A DNA stretch of 64,000 bases. It comes from Adineta vaga. Taxonomy: Eukaryota > Animalia > Rotifera. The translations under genes and the position numbers were made by a program. Location: NCBI GenBank assembly GCA_021613535.1, contig CP075492.1:2914001-2978000 (forward strand), given 5' to 3'. This document shows positions 26,785-38,700 of this stretch, one piece after another (the stretch's first letter is position 1; each line of letters starts with the position of its first letter). The notes below the pieces were generated by a model. It made no database searches. It was not told the DNA's origin and saw only the letters and a list, made by a program, of their open reading frames with translations.

Positions 26785-28320
26785 ATGCACTCAACAAAAT
26801 CACCAAAATCAAGCTGGATGAGAAACCAACGACAGATGGAGAAGAATGAAGAACTTCGAGGATTACATCCCGAATATCGTCCATCAGCAAATCTCGAAAT
26901 TGTCCACGTACATCATCGATCGACCATACAATCAATCGAAGAATTAATAAAAAAGGCAATACAAACAAGAAGATTCGTCGTCGATACAGAATCTCAATGG
27001 AAAATATTACGAAAAGGTGAACCTCGAACAAATGGAGCTTTGATCCAAATCCAGATGATACATTCACCAAGCAAGTCAACAGTGGTCCTCATCGAAACAT
27101 GTTATCTACCAGGCACAACATCAACGTTATACAAGAAAATCAAACAATTGTGTGACACCATCTTCGACAACAACAATGAAATTATCACATGGGGACCAAT
27201 CGAGCAAGAATTTGAGCCTTTTCATCATTTAAATTTCATTCATTTAGGAGCAATTCGTGAATGTGACTTGCAATTCTACATTAGCAATCCAAGTCAAATT
27301 TATGATTCGCATCCAGAAATGGAAAGGCGAGAGACAACCGGAAATGTGTCGATGGAAATCAACACACCTGGTGATGAACTTATCGTCCATGTGGACGAGG
27401 ATGATTTGTGGAACTTCGACGATAATCTCGGTAATTTTCGAAAAAAAGAAAAATTGAATCCACCTTTAGGTTTACAAACCGTCGTGGCCGAAAACTTCAA
27501 CAAATTTCTGGACAAATCGTACACAAAAAATGAATGGAACTGTGGATTAGATCTTCATTTAGGAACATGGCAAGAAAAACGATTTAGCAAAGGTCAATAT
27601 GATAAATATCAAGAACAACAAGAACGTACAGAAATGATACGATATGCCGTCAACGATTGTGCATCGGTTGCTGAACTTTACTTTGAAAAATATCCGGAAA
27701 CAACGAACGATTACTTGACACCACCAGAAACGCCAACAACAACAATCATTCAAATTTCACACCTGAACACAATCTCCTCTTCGAATGAACAAGAATTAAG
27801 TCAACGATCAAAATCAAATCATGGTGAGACATTGACTAAAAAAGAAATATATTTAGATCGACCAGATTTGTTATTCAAAATGAACGAAGATGAACTTGTA
27901 CAATTTCAACAACCAGTATTCGACAAAGTGGAAGAACCAGTTCAACAAGCACAACAACCAGTTCCACAACAATTTCAACGAACACCTGAAGAAGAACATC
28001 AAAAGAAGAAAGAAAGACAAAGGAAGAAGAACGAAAAATACAAGGAGAAGAAAAGAACTCGTCCAGATTTTATAAATCGTCTAACAAGACCCATCTACTA
28101 CAAATACAACTACCAAAAAATTCGAGCTCAACTGATAGACGATGAAATACATCACACACATCAAATCAACATTAATGAAGACAAAGATGCAGTGACGATC
28201 AACTTCAAGTCCCGAGAGTTACTTGAAGCAGCAAGAACAAAAATGCGGGTGAATTATTTTTCAGAAAATCAATACTACAGGAGATGGGGAAGAAGAAAAG
28301 AAGAAAAAAAGAAGAATTAG
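26785..28320 (+). CDS. Retrotransposon ORF3: DEDDy (RNase D/WRN-like) 3'-5' exonuclease domain with a charged coiled-coil tail
   Basis: ExoI FVVDTES, ALIQIQ, IITWG, DLQ, LGLQ..FLDKS, ExoIII YAVNDC; sits in the env position. Confidence 0.85.
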   Translation: MHSTKSPKSSWMRNQRQMEKNEELRGLHPEYRPSANLEIVHVHHRSTIQSIEELIKKAIQTRRFVVDTESQWKILRKGEPRTNGALIQIQMIHSPSKSTVVLIETCYLPGTTSTLYKKIKQLCDTIFDNNNEIITWGPIEQEFEPFHHLNFIHLGAIRECDLQFYISNPSQIYDSHPEMERRETTGNVSMEINTPGDELIVHVDEDDLWNFDDNLGNFRKKEKLNPPLGLQTVVAENFNKFLDKSYTKNEWNCGLDLHLGTWQEKRFSKGQYDKYQEQQERTEMIRYAVNDCASVAELYFEKYPETTNDYLTPPETPTTTIIQISHLNTISSSNEQELSQRSKSNHGETLTKKEIYLDRPDLLFKMNEDELVQFQQPVFDKVEEPVQQAQQPVPQQFQRTPEEEHQKKKERQRKKNEKYKEKKRTRPDFINRLTRPIYYKYNYQKIRAQLIDDEIHHTHQININEDKDAVTINFKSRELLEAARTKMRVNYFSENQYYRRWGRRKEEKKKN

Positions 28321-28376
28321 TGGTGGTGGTGATTCACATGTGTGAGGACACACGATCTCATACTGGTGGGGAAGAA

Positions 28377-28554
28377 TGTTAACGTAGCAGCTCTCGGAAT
28401 TCTATCTTTTTCTCTCTCTCTCTCTATCTACCTTGTTATCTTTGTTTTCTATTCTTCTATACATATATATATATATGTGTGTTCTTGTATGAAGAGGTTA
28501 GTTAGGTTTTTATTTTATATAAATAAACATCGTCAGCTCGAATACGAGCTAACA
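28377..28554 (+). repeat. 3' LTR
   Basis: Direct repeat of 20786-20963, preceded by the PPT and followed by TSD ACAA. Confidence 0.95.
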
Positions 28555-30495
28555 ACAATCATAAAAACAATTAAATCATCAGATCGTTGTAAACATCTCA
28601 ATGAAATATTCAATACTACTATCGTTGAAATGCATTTACTTCGTCGCATTAAATATTATCATCAAGTATGTGAGAAGGACTCATTTCTATTGTCATGTTT
28701 CTATGATGATGATCATTTTTGTTTATGTACTGATTTTAATCATCAACGTCTTGCCAATTGTTTTGAATTTGATCAACAAAACAAATTTGATTGTTTTGGT
28801 CAAAGTAATTGTCAACATGGTGTAGAATGTATTCAAGATAGATGGACATGTCCACAAACATCAATATGTATTTGTCCAGCATGTTATTTTGGAAGTCTCT
28901 GTCAATTTACTTCTGATGGTTTCGGTTTATCACTTGATGGAATTTTAGGTTATCATATTCAACCTCATATTCATATAACATATCAACCGTCTATAGTACA
29001 AATTAGTATATCATTTACTGTTATTATGATATGTGCAGGATTAGTAAATAGTCTTCTGATGATAACTACATTCAAGAATGAAGGACCATGAAAAGTTGGT
29101 TGTGGTACATATTTATTCTGTTTATCTTTTACTAATCTACTTACTACAATTGTATTTATGTTAAAATTTTGTATACTTATTATTGCACAAACGAAACATT
29201 TGACGAATCGATCCTTTTTATATTCTCAATGTGTTTCAATCGATTTTATTTTACGAATTGGTCTTCAATTAGATCAATGGTTACATGCCTGTGTAGCTAT
29301 GGAACGAATAATAACTGTTACGAAAGGTGTCAAATTCAATAAAATAAAGAGTAAAGCAATGGCTAAATATATTGCTTTATGTTTATTTATGATAATAATT
29401 ATTACAAATATTCATGATCCATTTCATCGACGTTTAATTAATGATGATGATAATAATGATGAGAATATTAGACGAATATGGTGCATTGCCGTTCATTCAT
29501 CTACTTTCGAAAAAGTTAATTTTTATGTGAATATTCTCCATTGTCTTGGTCCGTTCATTATGAATATCGTTTCAGCTATTCTCATTATTTCAATTACAGC
29601 TCGACGACGAACAGTTGCTCAAAGTAATCAAAGTTATCAACATTTTTTATTTGGACAATTGAGAGAACACAAACATCTATTTATTGCTTCAATTACCATG
29701 ATTATTCTTGTTATACCACGTTTAATTATATCTTTCGTATCAGGTTGCATGAAATCTATGGATGATTCTGAAGTATTTCTTGCTGGTTACTTTATATCAT
29801 TTATTCCGTCTACACTTACTTTCGTTGTCTTTGTATTACCATCTAAAACATACAAAGATGAATTTAAGCAGACTATCAAACGATATCAATCGAGATGGCG
29901 AATGTACTTATGTGGGAATTCATAAATTACATATAAGGATGTGCGTGTATGAGTGTGAGCGTGCAGAAAAGATGCCCATCCACACCCTCAACAAATACTT
30001 ATATTAAGAAAGAACAAAATACGTTTCTCTAAACGTCTTTGCCATTTATAATTACTTGATTAGACAGGAATAGTAAAGTCCGGTGGTTCTACAAATAATC
30101 GAGTCAATGATAATTAATATTTATTATCTTTGGAGAAATTTATTCATTGATGAAAGCCTATGATACTATCTTTTTGATTCTACCGTTCACTTACTGTGTT
30201 TTCTCGACAGAACTTCAAATAGAAAAGTCTTAAACGCGATTTTATTGTTATCATTTGAAAATACAATTATGAAATCAACATTTCACAAGATACTGCGTCA
30301 TCATTTGTTATCGTTTTTCGTTGTCAAAGATAGGATAACTCATTCTGCTAACATCTTTTCTTATAGTATCACCACCTACGATTTGCGTCAGAGGTAAAGT
30401 TTTTTTTGATAAGAACTATAATAAAACAGAACTGCCACCTTTATAAATAAGCTAGAACTCACGTTATTCGAAGTGAAGACAAAGACAAAACAAGG

Positions 30496-30879
30496 ATGAA
30501 GAATTCAACATTTATTTTATTAATTTGTTTTATTTGTATATTACAAATTTATAGTTATCAAATAGCTCATAGCAAATCAAGTTCAACGTTAAATATTCAT
30601 CAACTTGCAGCTCAATCAAGAAAATGTCTTTGTAATTGTTGTTATGATCCTCGATCTTCTCAATGTACACCAAGACTGACAGGAATTATTTATTATGAAA
30701 ACAATACTTATTGTGCTGATATTGATTGTGAGATACGTTGTTCAAAACGATACACAACGTGTGATACATCACAAGAATATCATATCAATGAAGCTAAATG
30801 TCATGCAAGTTCATTACAACAAATAAATATTATTTTTCTTTTATTTTCAATGATATTTATAAAATATTTCAAGTTATAA
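30496..30879 (+). CDS. Small secreted cysteine-rich protein, possible GPI anchor
   Basis: Signal peptide, CLCNCC..C..C..C..C..C..C core, hydrophobic C-terminus; TATA-like TTTATAAA upstream and AATAAA downstream. Confidence 0.75.
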   Translation: MKNSTFILLICFICILQIYSYQIAHSKSSSTLNIHQLAAQSRKCLCNCCYDPRSSQCTPRLTGIIYYENNTYCADIDCEIRCSKRYTTCDTSQEYHINEAKCHASSLQQINIIFLLFSMIFIKYFKL

Positions 30880-31136
30880 AATGATTTGTTTACGTTCTAT
30901 ATTTGCTAATAAATTGATGAAATATAAATGTTCATTAATATTCACTCATTATCTTTCTTCAAGATAAAAAAAAGTAAATACTATTTAGTTTCATCGTCTA
31001 TCGCATACGATGAGAAAGATGGTGTGATTCTTGTAAATATAAATACGAAGAAAAAAGAATAAGAAAAGGTATGCATGTAAAATAAAACTGATATCTATAC
31101 CCCACACTCGATCTAGGAAAAAATAATCGTTTAAAT

Positions 31137-32393
31137 TCATGAATAAAGTTCTGCATTATTTAAAGTCATATAAGAATTTCTCCCACCAATGACTAACACT
31201 TTATTATTGTTCAGAACCGTTGCTGTATGAGAATGTCGTGCATCATGCATATTGTAACCAGTCGTCCAAATTTGTAATGAAGGATCATATAGTTCAACAC
31301 TATTTAGTGTGTGATCATTAGCTCCACCAGTAATTAATACTTTTCCATTCTTTAATACCGATGCTTTAGCGTGCCATCGTGTATAATTCATACTTGTTGT
31401 CATTGTCCACGTTTCTGTTAATGGATCATATAGTTCAGCACTATTGAGAGATCTACCTTGATTAAGACCACCGGTAACTAACACTTTTCCATCGTTTAAT
31501 AAAGATGCTGTATGAGAATATCGTGCATTATTCATCTTGCCAGTAATTGTCCACGTTTCTGTTGATGGATCATATAATTCAGCAGTGTTTAGACCACGAA
31601 TATTATGTCCACCTGTAACTAATATTTTTCCATTTGCTAACATAGTTTCAGTATGTTCTACACGAGCATCATTCATATGATCGGTTGTAGTCCAAGTTTC
31701 TTTTGATGGATCATACAATTCTGCACTATTCAGATAATCATTTCCATATTTTCCACCAGTAACTAAAACTTTCCCATTTGTTAAAATCGATGCTGTATGT
31801 TGTATTCGTCCATAATTCATATTACCAACAATAGTCCAAGTTTGTCTTGATAGATCATAGAATTCTGTACTATTATGACCCGTAAAACCATCATTACCAC
31901 CAGTAACTAGTACGTTTCCATTTTTCATAAGAGATGCAGTATGCATATACCGTGCAAAATTCATATTAGTCGTTGTTGACCAATCATCTGTTGATGGATC
32001 ATACAATTCAACACTATTTAAAATATCCTGAAAAAAACCACCAGTAACTAAAACTTTTCCATCAGTTAATACAGATGCTGTATGAAAATTTCGGCCGATA
32101 TTCATGTTATTATTGGTATTAGTCCATTCTAAATAAATATATTTGATAAATCTCGCAACTTCTTCGAAATATTATCTTAACAACTTACTTAACTGATGTT
32201 GTGTATTCATTGTTATGACGATAGTTTCGGGTTTCATTGATGGAAAAACGATGAATTTTAACATTAAAGAAAGTATAACAATGAACGATGTTAAAATAAT
32301 CAGAAAGATAGAAATAATTCTAAATCGATGATTATGCCACCATTTCTCTTTTTCATTATCTTTGGATACAAGTGTCTGCTGACTACTATACAT
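31137..32393 (-). CDS. Membrane-anchored kelch-repeat (galactose-oxidase-type propeller) protein, 2 exons (32393-32189, 32128-31137)
   Basis: N-terminal TM; seven repeats of R..HTA..L.GKVLVTGG..AELYDP..W; GT-AG intron joins the frame. Confidence 0.9.
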
Positions 32394-32613
32394 GTCAATT
32401 TCTATTCTATTTCATAAATTCTAAATTACCTTATATTTATCTATTCGCATGTTTTTATCCTCTTACGGAGCAAATGTCATATCTATAAGCTTTAGCTTTA
32501 ATCCTTTTTACATTCAGTACATAATAAAATCCAAAGTTCACAATGATAATATCTTTTTTTTTAAATTGTATGCTGTTTATTGATAGAAGAAATCAAAATA
32601 GAAATTTAGTAAT

Positions 32614-33350
32614 TTATTTAGTAACATTGATCATAAGTATATTCGAACGAATTGAATTCGAACGTTCAGCTTTAAGTCTTTGTGCTCCTAAGTTTTTAAA
32701 TGTAATCATAGCATGTCCCATAGAATTTGTTAATACACCACCAACAGTTGCACCATGAATTGGTTTACCAGTTCGTCCATCTGTTACTCTGACTGTAAGA
32801 GGATTTCCAATTTCAATGATATTTTTTGTTGTTTCAAGTTTGAGAAAATGTTCTTTGTTAAAAGCATCAAAAGCAAAAAGAAGATTTTGACCATGTTTAA
32901 CTTTTTGTTGACAACCTCCAACTTGTGTAAATTGATAATCGAGAAGAGTAGTCCAAAATTTGGAACTAGTTTGAGAAGTATTTCCAATACGTGTTATAGA
33001 ATAATCATCATAGAGTTCTGAATATGTTCTATAAATAAAAGAGGATCAATTTGAAAAGAAATCAAATTCGAATTGATTTACCCATCCCAAGTAAAACCTT
33101 TCTCATTTGCAGCTATATCCAAAGTACTTGTCATTGTTGGAATAGATATTGAACTAATATTATTATTATTGGTTCCATCACATTTATGTGTTCCACCAGA
33201 TAACGTTGTAATTATTTTTCCTTTTGTTAAAAGAGATGCTTCGAAAATAGTATTTTCATCTCCTTCAATTCGAAGATTAACTATGATTTCTTGTTCTTCT
33301 GTTCTATATTGTACAAGAAATACAATGAAGATAAAATAGATTGTTCGCAT
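32614..33350 (-). CDS. Secreted protein resembling actinobacterial/fungal DUF4430-type proteins, 2 exons (33350-33082, 33028-32614)
   Basis: Signal peptide; LRIEG..TIFE, TTLSGGTHKCDGTNN, GFTWDG|TY..DDYSITRIG, QVGGCQQKV, LLFAFDAF, LKAERSNSIRSN; one GT-AG intron. Family recalled from motifs, not searched. Confidence 0.75.
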
Positions 33351-33920
33351 ATTGAATTGTTATGTACAACTAAAATTTGAACTATCTTTTCTATCTAATC
33401 GAAAGACATAATAATCCTCTTATCTCGATTTACATCATCATTCAAATAAACTTAATCTTAATCTCTTTATCTACATGCAAAATCCACTTTTATTTTCATA
33501 ATATTGATAAATAACAAAAGTTTAAATTCCGATTTTTGAGTACTTTTTTGAATATACAATTATTTGAAGATTATTGTTTTTCTATGTATTGACAAAATTC
33601 TCGAGACATTATCTATAATAGTTAATTTCTAATTAGAGATTAATAAAAGACTAAACAAAAAGGAAAAGATCTGGAGAATATATAGAATCATAGATTCTAC
33701 GACAACTGTTCGATTTTCTATTGATATAAAAAATTATTAATCAAATATATTATTCATTTACAGTTTCAATAGAAAGATATAATAATGTCTACTGAAAAAA
33801 ATAATACTTATCTTTGTTGACCCAAATAACCACATGAAATAAGTATAAAATAGGTCAAACATTAAAAAACTCGTTCTTCTTTCTTCTGAATTTGAGTACT
33901 CTTTCATAATAAAACATAAG

Positions 33921-35177
33921 ATGCACAACAAGTCAACATTCAGTAAATATATCTTCATCATTTTTCGTTGTAAATCTTTTTTTTCTAGTTACTTTCTTCT
34001 TGGCATTGTCGACACTATTCATTATTAGATCGACAAATTCAAAAACTATTCTTGGTACTAGTTTAACATCATTAAATAAAGCGAATCGATCAAGTAAGTT
34101 AAAGAGTTAGTTTTCTTCGTGATATTTGCTATTTTTCGTTAAGAATGGTTCGAAACTGGTCATTTGAATAATCCACGACTTCATCAAGTGACAAGTTTAC
34201 TGCCAGATGGAAAAGTATTAGTTACGGGTGGAGAGGGTGATAACTTTTGCTCTACAGCAGAACTATATGATCCATTATTAAGAAATTGGACAAATGTTTA
34301 TCAGATGAGTGATTGTCGATGGTATCATGCAGCATCTGTTTTATTAAATGGAAATGTATTAATTGCTGGAGGATGCTCTTATAATGATAATGATGTTTCA
34401 GATGAGGCTGAAATCTATGAAACATCAACAGGATTTTGGTTACCTACGAGTAGTATGAATGAGAAACGATTCTCTCATACAGCATCAACATTACACAATG
34501 GAAAAGTTTTAGTTGTTGGTGGACGTGATGATAATTCATTTGCAAGTGCAGAATTATATGATCCAAAAGCAGAATCTTGGACATTTACTGAAAAAATGAG
34601 TTATGGAAGAGTATTACACACAGCTACTGTTTTAAAAAATGAAAAAGTATTAATTACTGGTGGATATGATTCAAAATCAAATTCTATTAATAATGTAGAA
34701 ATATTTGATCCATCAACAGAAACATGGAAAATTGCTAAAAGTATGAATTATCAACGATATTCTCATGCAGCAACCTTATTACCCAATGGTAAAGTATTAG
34801 TTACTGGTGGAGTTGATGATCATGGTAATATTTTAAATACAACGGAATTGTTTGATCCAATAAAAGAATCTTGGATAATTACTGGAAATATGAATAAAAA
34901 ACGATATGAACATACAACTTCTTTATTAACGGATGGAAAAGTTTTAGTTTCGGGTGGAAATATTCCTAAAGGTATTGTTTCTAATAGTGCAGAACTTTAT
35001 GATATATCAACAGGAATATGGACAAATACAAATAATATGCATTATGAACGAACAAGTCATACAGCAACTGTTTTAAAAGATGGAAGTGTTTTAGTTATTG
35101 GTGGAAGTGAACTTAATAATGCTACTGCTTTTATACCAGAAATATATAATTCATCAATAAATGCTTATATTAATTAA
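33921..35177 (+). CDS. Second membrane-anchored kelch-repeat protein (5' end unresolved; intron 34094-34143)
   Basis: Hydrophobic exon (FFVVNLFFLVTFFLALSTLFII) spliced to seven kelch repeats of the same type as 31137-32393. Confidence 0.85.
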
Positions 35178-35743
35178 GAACATTAATTTTATCAAAATAA
35201 ACGAACATTCGGATTCATTTTTATCTTTTCGTATATTGATTCATGTCTATAATTTAATCTTTGATTTAATTTTAAATAAATATCTGATGTCCTATTGGGT
35301 GTGGATGTGGGTGTGGGTGTGAGTGTTAGTGAGAATGCATGATATATCGGTGTTCATACGCACATCCTCATGCTCACTCGCATTCGAAGCATTTCTATAT
35401 TGGACAGAAGTAAGATTTTATCTCGGCTTTGAGTTGTGCTTGTTTTTCAAACGTTTACTGTTTTCGGTGACAATTTTTTTCCAACTATGCATCAACAACT
35501 TTCTGTTTGCTGTTTGCTGTTTGATGTTGAGTAGGTTTCTTTTTTTTCTTGTCATCTATCAATCCACTTAAAAAATCTCGAAGAAAAGTGAAGTGAAGTT
35601 TCGAAGAGGCAACGAGCAAAAGAAAAACGTTAATGCAAACAAAAGAACGAAGGGAGACTGTATATAAAAGAAAGCAATTCTTTTTTACGTAGAAGAATTC
35701 ATAGTGTCACATTTTATAGCATAGATATTACAGTGCACAAAAT

Positions 35744-38700
35744 ATGGACAAGAAGGCATCTACAAGTGTTGATCGTAATGATGATAAAGCGAAAACCAGC
35801 AAAGCATCAAGCCGTTCAAAAGATGACAAGTCAACGACAAGTCTAAACCATCATGGCATAATAACGGAACAACAACTGCGCCATACTTCTCAATATAATT
35901 CAAATGGTTCGTCAACAATCAGAGACAGATTGCCAACGTCAACAGAAGGTAAAAACAAAGATTAATTTTAGTGCCATTTCAAGAGCACCTCTTTCTACGG
36001 TCAAAATTATTCGATGTATAAAGTCAAAAAGAATATTGATACTAGTTGTTTAAACATTTCGTTAGATGTTCTGTATAGAAAGTAACTTTCTTAGGAAATT
36101 CCAACCTGTAAAATCTCCCATTTGCCTAAAACAGCAATATGTCAGTGTGTAGACGTTTTCGAAATGATCGCACTTTACACACTAATGTTGTAGGAGGACC
36201 TAGATTTTAAGAGGAACATTGTTTACCAGAGGTTTTTCCTTTTTTCAGAGTTAATAAAACCGATGCCTCAAACTTTTACTTTTACTAGATATCTATTCCT
36301 TTTTGTGTACTCAAAAAGCGAGTACACTCTATAATTGATCAGTGTCCGTCCATCCGATTTTTATGACATTTATTACATAGTTTTGTCTCATCAATATCTC
36401 GGTCCGGTTTGAATGTGAAAATAATTCATTGAGGATTTATAGAGTTACAGTAAAAAACCATCATACGTATACATAAAAAGGACTATTTTTGAAAGTTTGA
36501 AGAGCTTGGTACGACATTCAGACTATCCATCTCCTCTTGATTATCCTCAAGTCAATCGAAACGGAGTCGTTTACAATTCATTTTCGGAACGTAAACCATG
36601 ACAGCACAGCATCTTTACGGCAGTACATGTACCGTACCGTTCGTCCTGGGTCGCTTTTGCCTAATGTGAGCATTTACTCATGTCATAAAGGCTTAAAACT
36701 CTTACGAAAATGTTATTGAACACAAGAATCTTTCGTTTTCAGTGTGGTTGCCCTTCATGTCAATCAATAAAGATAAGATAGAATGATATAAGATAGTTGG
36801 CATTGATCCAGATAATCATTGCTTTCTCATCCTCAACTCTATCTGAAGTGTTTGAGAGTGAAAACTGAGAAATATTGAGAAGAATAGAGTATTTTTAAAA
36901 CAAAATAACAACGTGACAATGAAAAAGCTGAACAAGGATCGTGGTTCTAGCTCTTTCTTTAATATCAAAGATCCGCAACTGAAAGAGGCCCATAAGGATG
37001 TCCTTTCTTCTTACACCAAATATGTACTCTAAAATTACCTCGAGTCATACCGGACATCTTCGATAGTGTTCTGTAATTTTCTATGAAAATATCAATCTAT
37101 TTCATATTTGGCAGATTAAAATTTTTGTTATCGTCTGCATAAACCGCAAGCTATTCTCAGCTGTTCGTTAAAGAACCTAGTAAATTACAAAATGATACTA
37201 GACTGTAATAATAATTCAATTGACTTTAAAACTTCGTCAATATCGCAGTTTCTAAAAACTATGAAAAACTCATGTATAAAAATACTATCAGTCAATTCTT
37301 TTAGACAGTTTAATTAAAAACAAACTGCCGTCCGCTTCACTTCTTGCGGTATACATAACGCGCGCATCAACGCCAAACGAAACACCCTCGAGAAACAGAG
37401 AGACCACAGAGAAGTGAAATCACATCTAGAAATTACATGAAGAAAGAGACATCTAAGAAAAAAAGAGATGATATCATGAAATAAAGACATTGCAGATAGA
37501 GAAGAAAGGCGATTAGAAATGAGAAAGGGAATAGTATACGACCGATAGTGCATGTGACAGCTTTATCGATGAGATTGTACCTTGAAAAGATTTGTACGGG
37601 ATAGACCACATTCAAATAGAATATGCCATGGGCTAGAGTGTTTGTAGACTCGTTCTATGTTGAAGATTGTTAACTTACGAAGAGTATTCCAACGAGATAT
37701 ATAATCTCTATCTTTGTCTTGGCATCCATGTAATCTGTCATCCTTCTTGTATCGTTCTATGCTTTCTATATAAGTGTATGTTTTGTATGTGAAGAAAAAC
37801 CAAACAAAGTATGTATCATCATATAGCGAACACGTCTTCCCTCAACTCCGTTAGAAACATCGCAGAGAATTTTCTTATAAGAACATTATAGTAAACAAAA
37901 CTGTGATTAAGCGAATACTACTGTATTCATATATTTGTTCACTAACATAAATATTTTTCTCTACACTGCTATAGTAACGAGACTTGTACCAGCAGAACGG
38001 ATAGCAATTGCTCAAAATTTCTTTCTAATCTGGCTTGACTCATCTATTGATGAAACGAATGAAGATTGCAAACGTTCTCTTACAAAACTACAACGGATCG
38101 TCAACACAATCAAAACATTTACAAATCCAGAAGAATGTGTAGATTTTATTCGTGGAATCAAAGATGAAAATATTTTCATGATTGCATCAGGAAATATAGG
38201 ATTTGATTGTGTACCTCGTGTTCATCAAATGTCACAAATTGATTCTATCTATATATTCTGTGGCAATCGCTCAAAACATGAACAGTGGGCGAAAGATTGG
38301 AAAAAGATAAAAGGTGTTTTCACAGATATACGATCACTTTGTGAAGTACTACAGGAAGATGTTCGAGTGTGTGATCGAGATTCAACACCAATTACTATGA
38401 CTAATGCTCGAAATCCTGATGAATTAGATCCAACATTTATGTACACTACATTATTCAAAGAAACGATTCTGGAGATTCAGTACGATAAAAATGAAATTCG
38501 TAAACTAGCAGATAAATGCCGTGAAATTTATCACGATAACAACGCGGAACTACGAATTATTGATGAGTTCGAACGAGAGTATGATAAGCATAGTCCTATC
38601 TGGTGGTACACTCGAGAGTGCTTTACTTATCATGTACTTAACCAAGCATTACGCACATTTAACACAAATAGCATAGTAATGATGGGCATATTCATTCAAC

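Larger units (their letters stand above)
20786..28554 (+). mobile_element. Full-length Ty3/gypsy-type LTR retrotransposon with gag, pol and an exonuclease ORF3
   Basis: 178-bp LTRs 20786-20963 and 28377-28554 (TG..CA, no differences seen); 4-bp TSD ACAA; PBS TGGTGCCGTGACC (tRNA-His type); PPT GGTGGGGAAGAA; PR-RT-RH-IN order. Confidence 0.97.
17395..29925 (+). pseudogene. Large LDLa/EGF-repeat 7TM (GPCR-like) gene disrupted by an LTR retrotransposon and a nonsense codon
   Basis: LDLa repeats (CLDWSEICDGRVDCLNDEIDE), EGF repeats and a 7TM tail (ACVAMERI); removing 20786-28554 and one TSD restores SSSTIIKTIKSSDRC in frame; in-frame TGA at 29089-29091 before KVGCGTYL. Confidence 0.88.

Noticed and set aside
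28342-29091. 249-aa ORF as an independent gene
   Set aside because: It is a chance read-through from the 3' LTR into the remainder of the interrupted GPCR-like gene.
29089-29091. TGA as selenocysteine or programmed readthrough
   Set aside because: The position is not a Cys-type site, no SECIS was recognised, and a CGA-to-TGA mutation is simpler.
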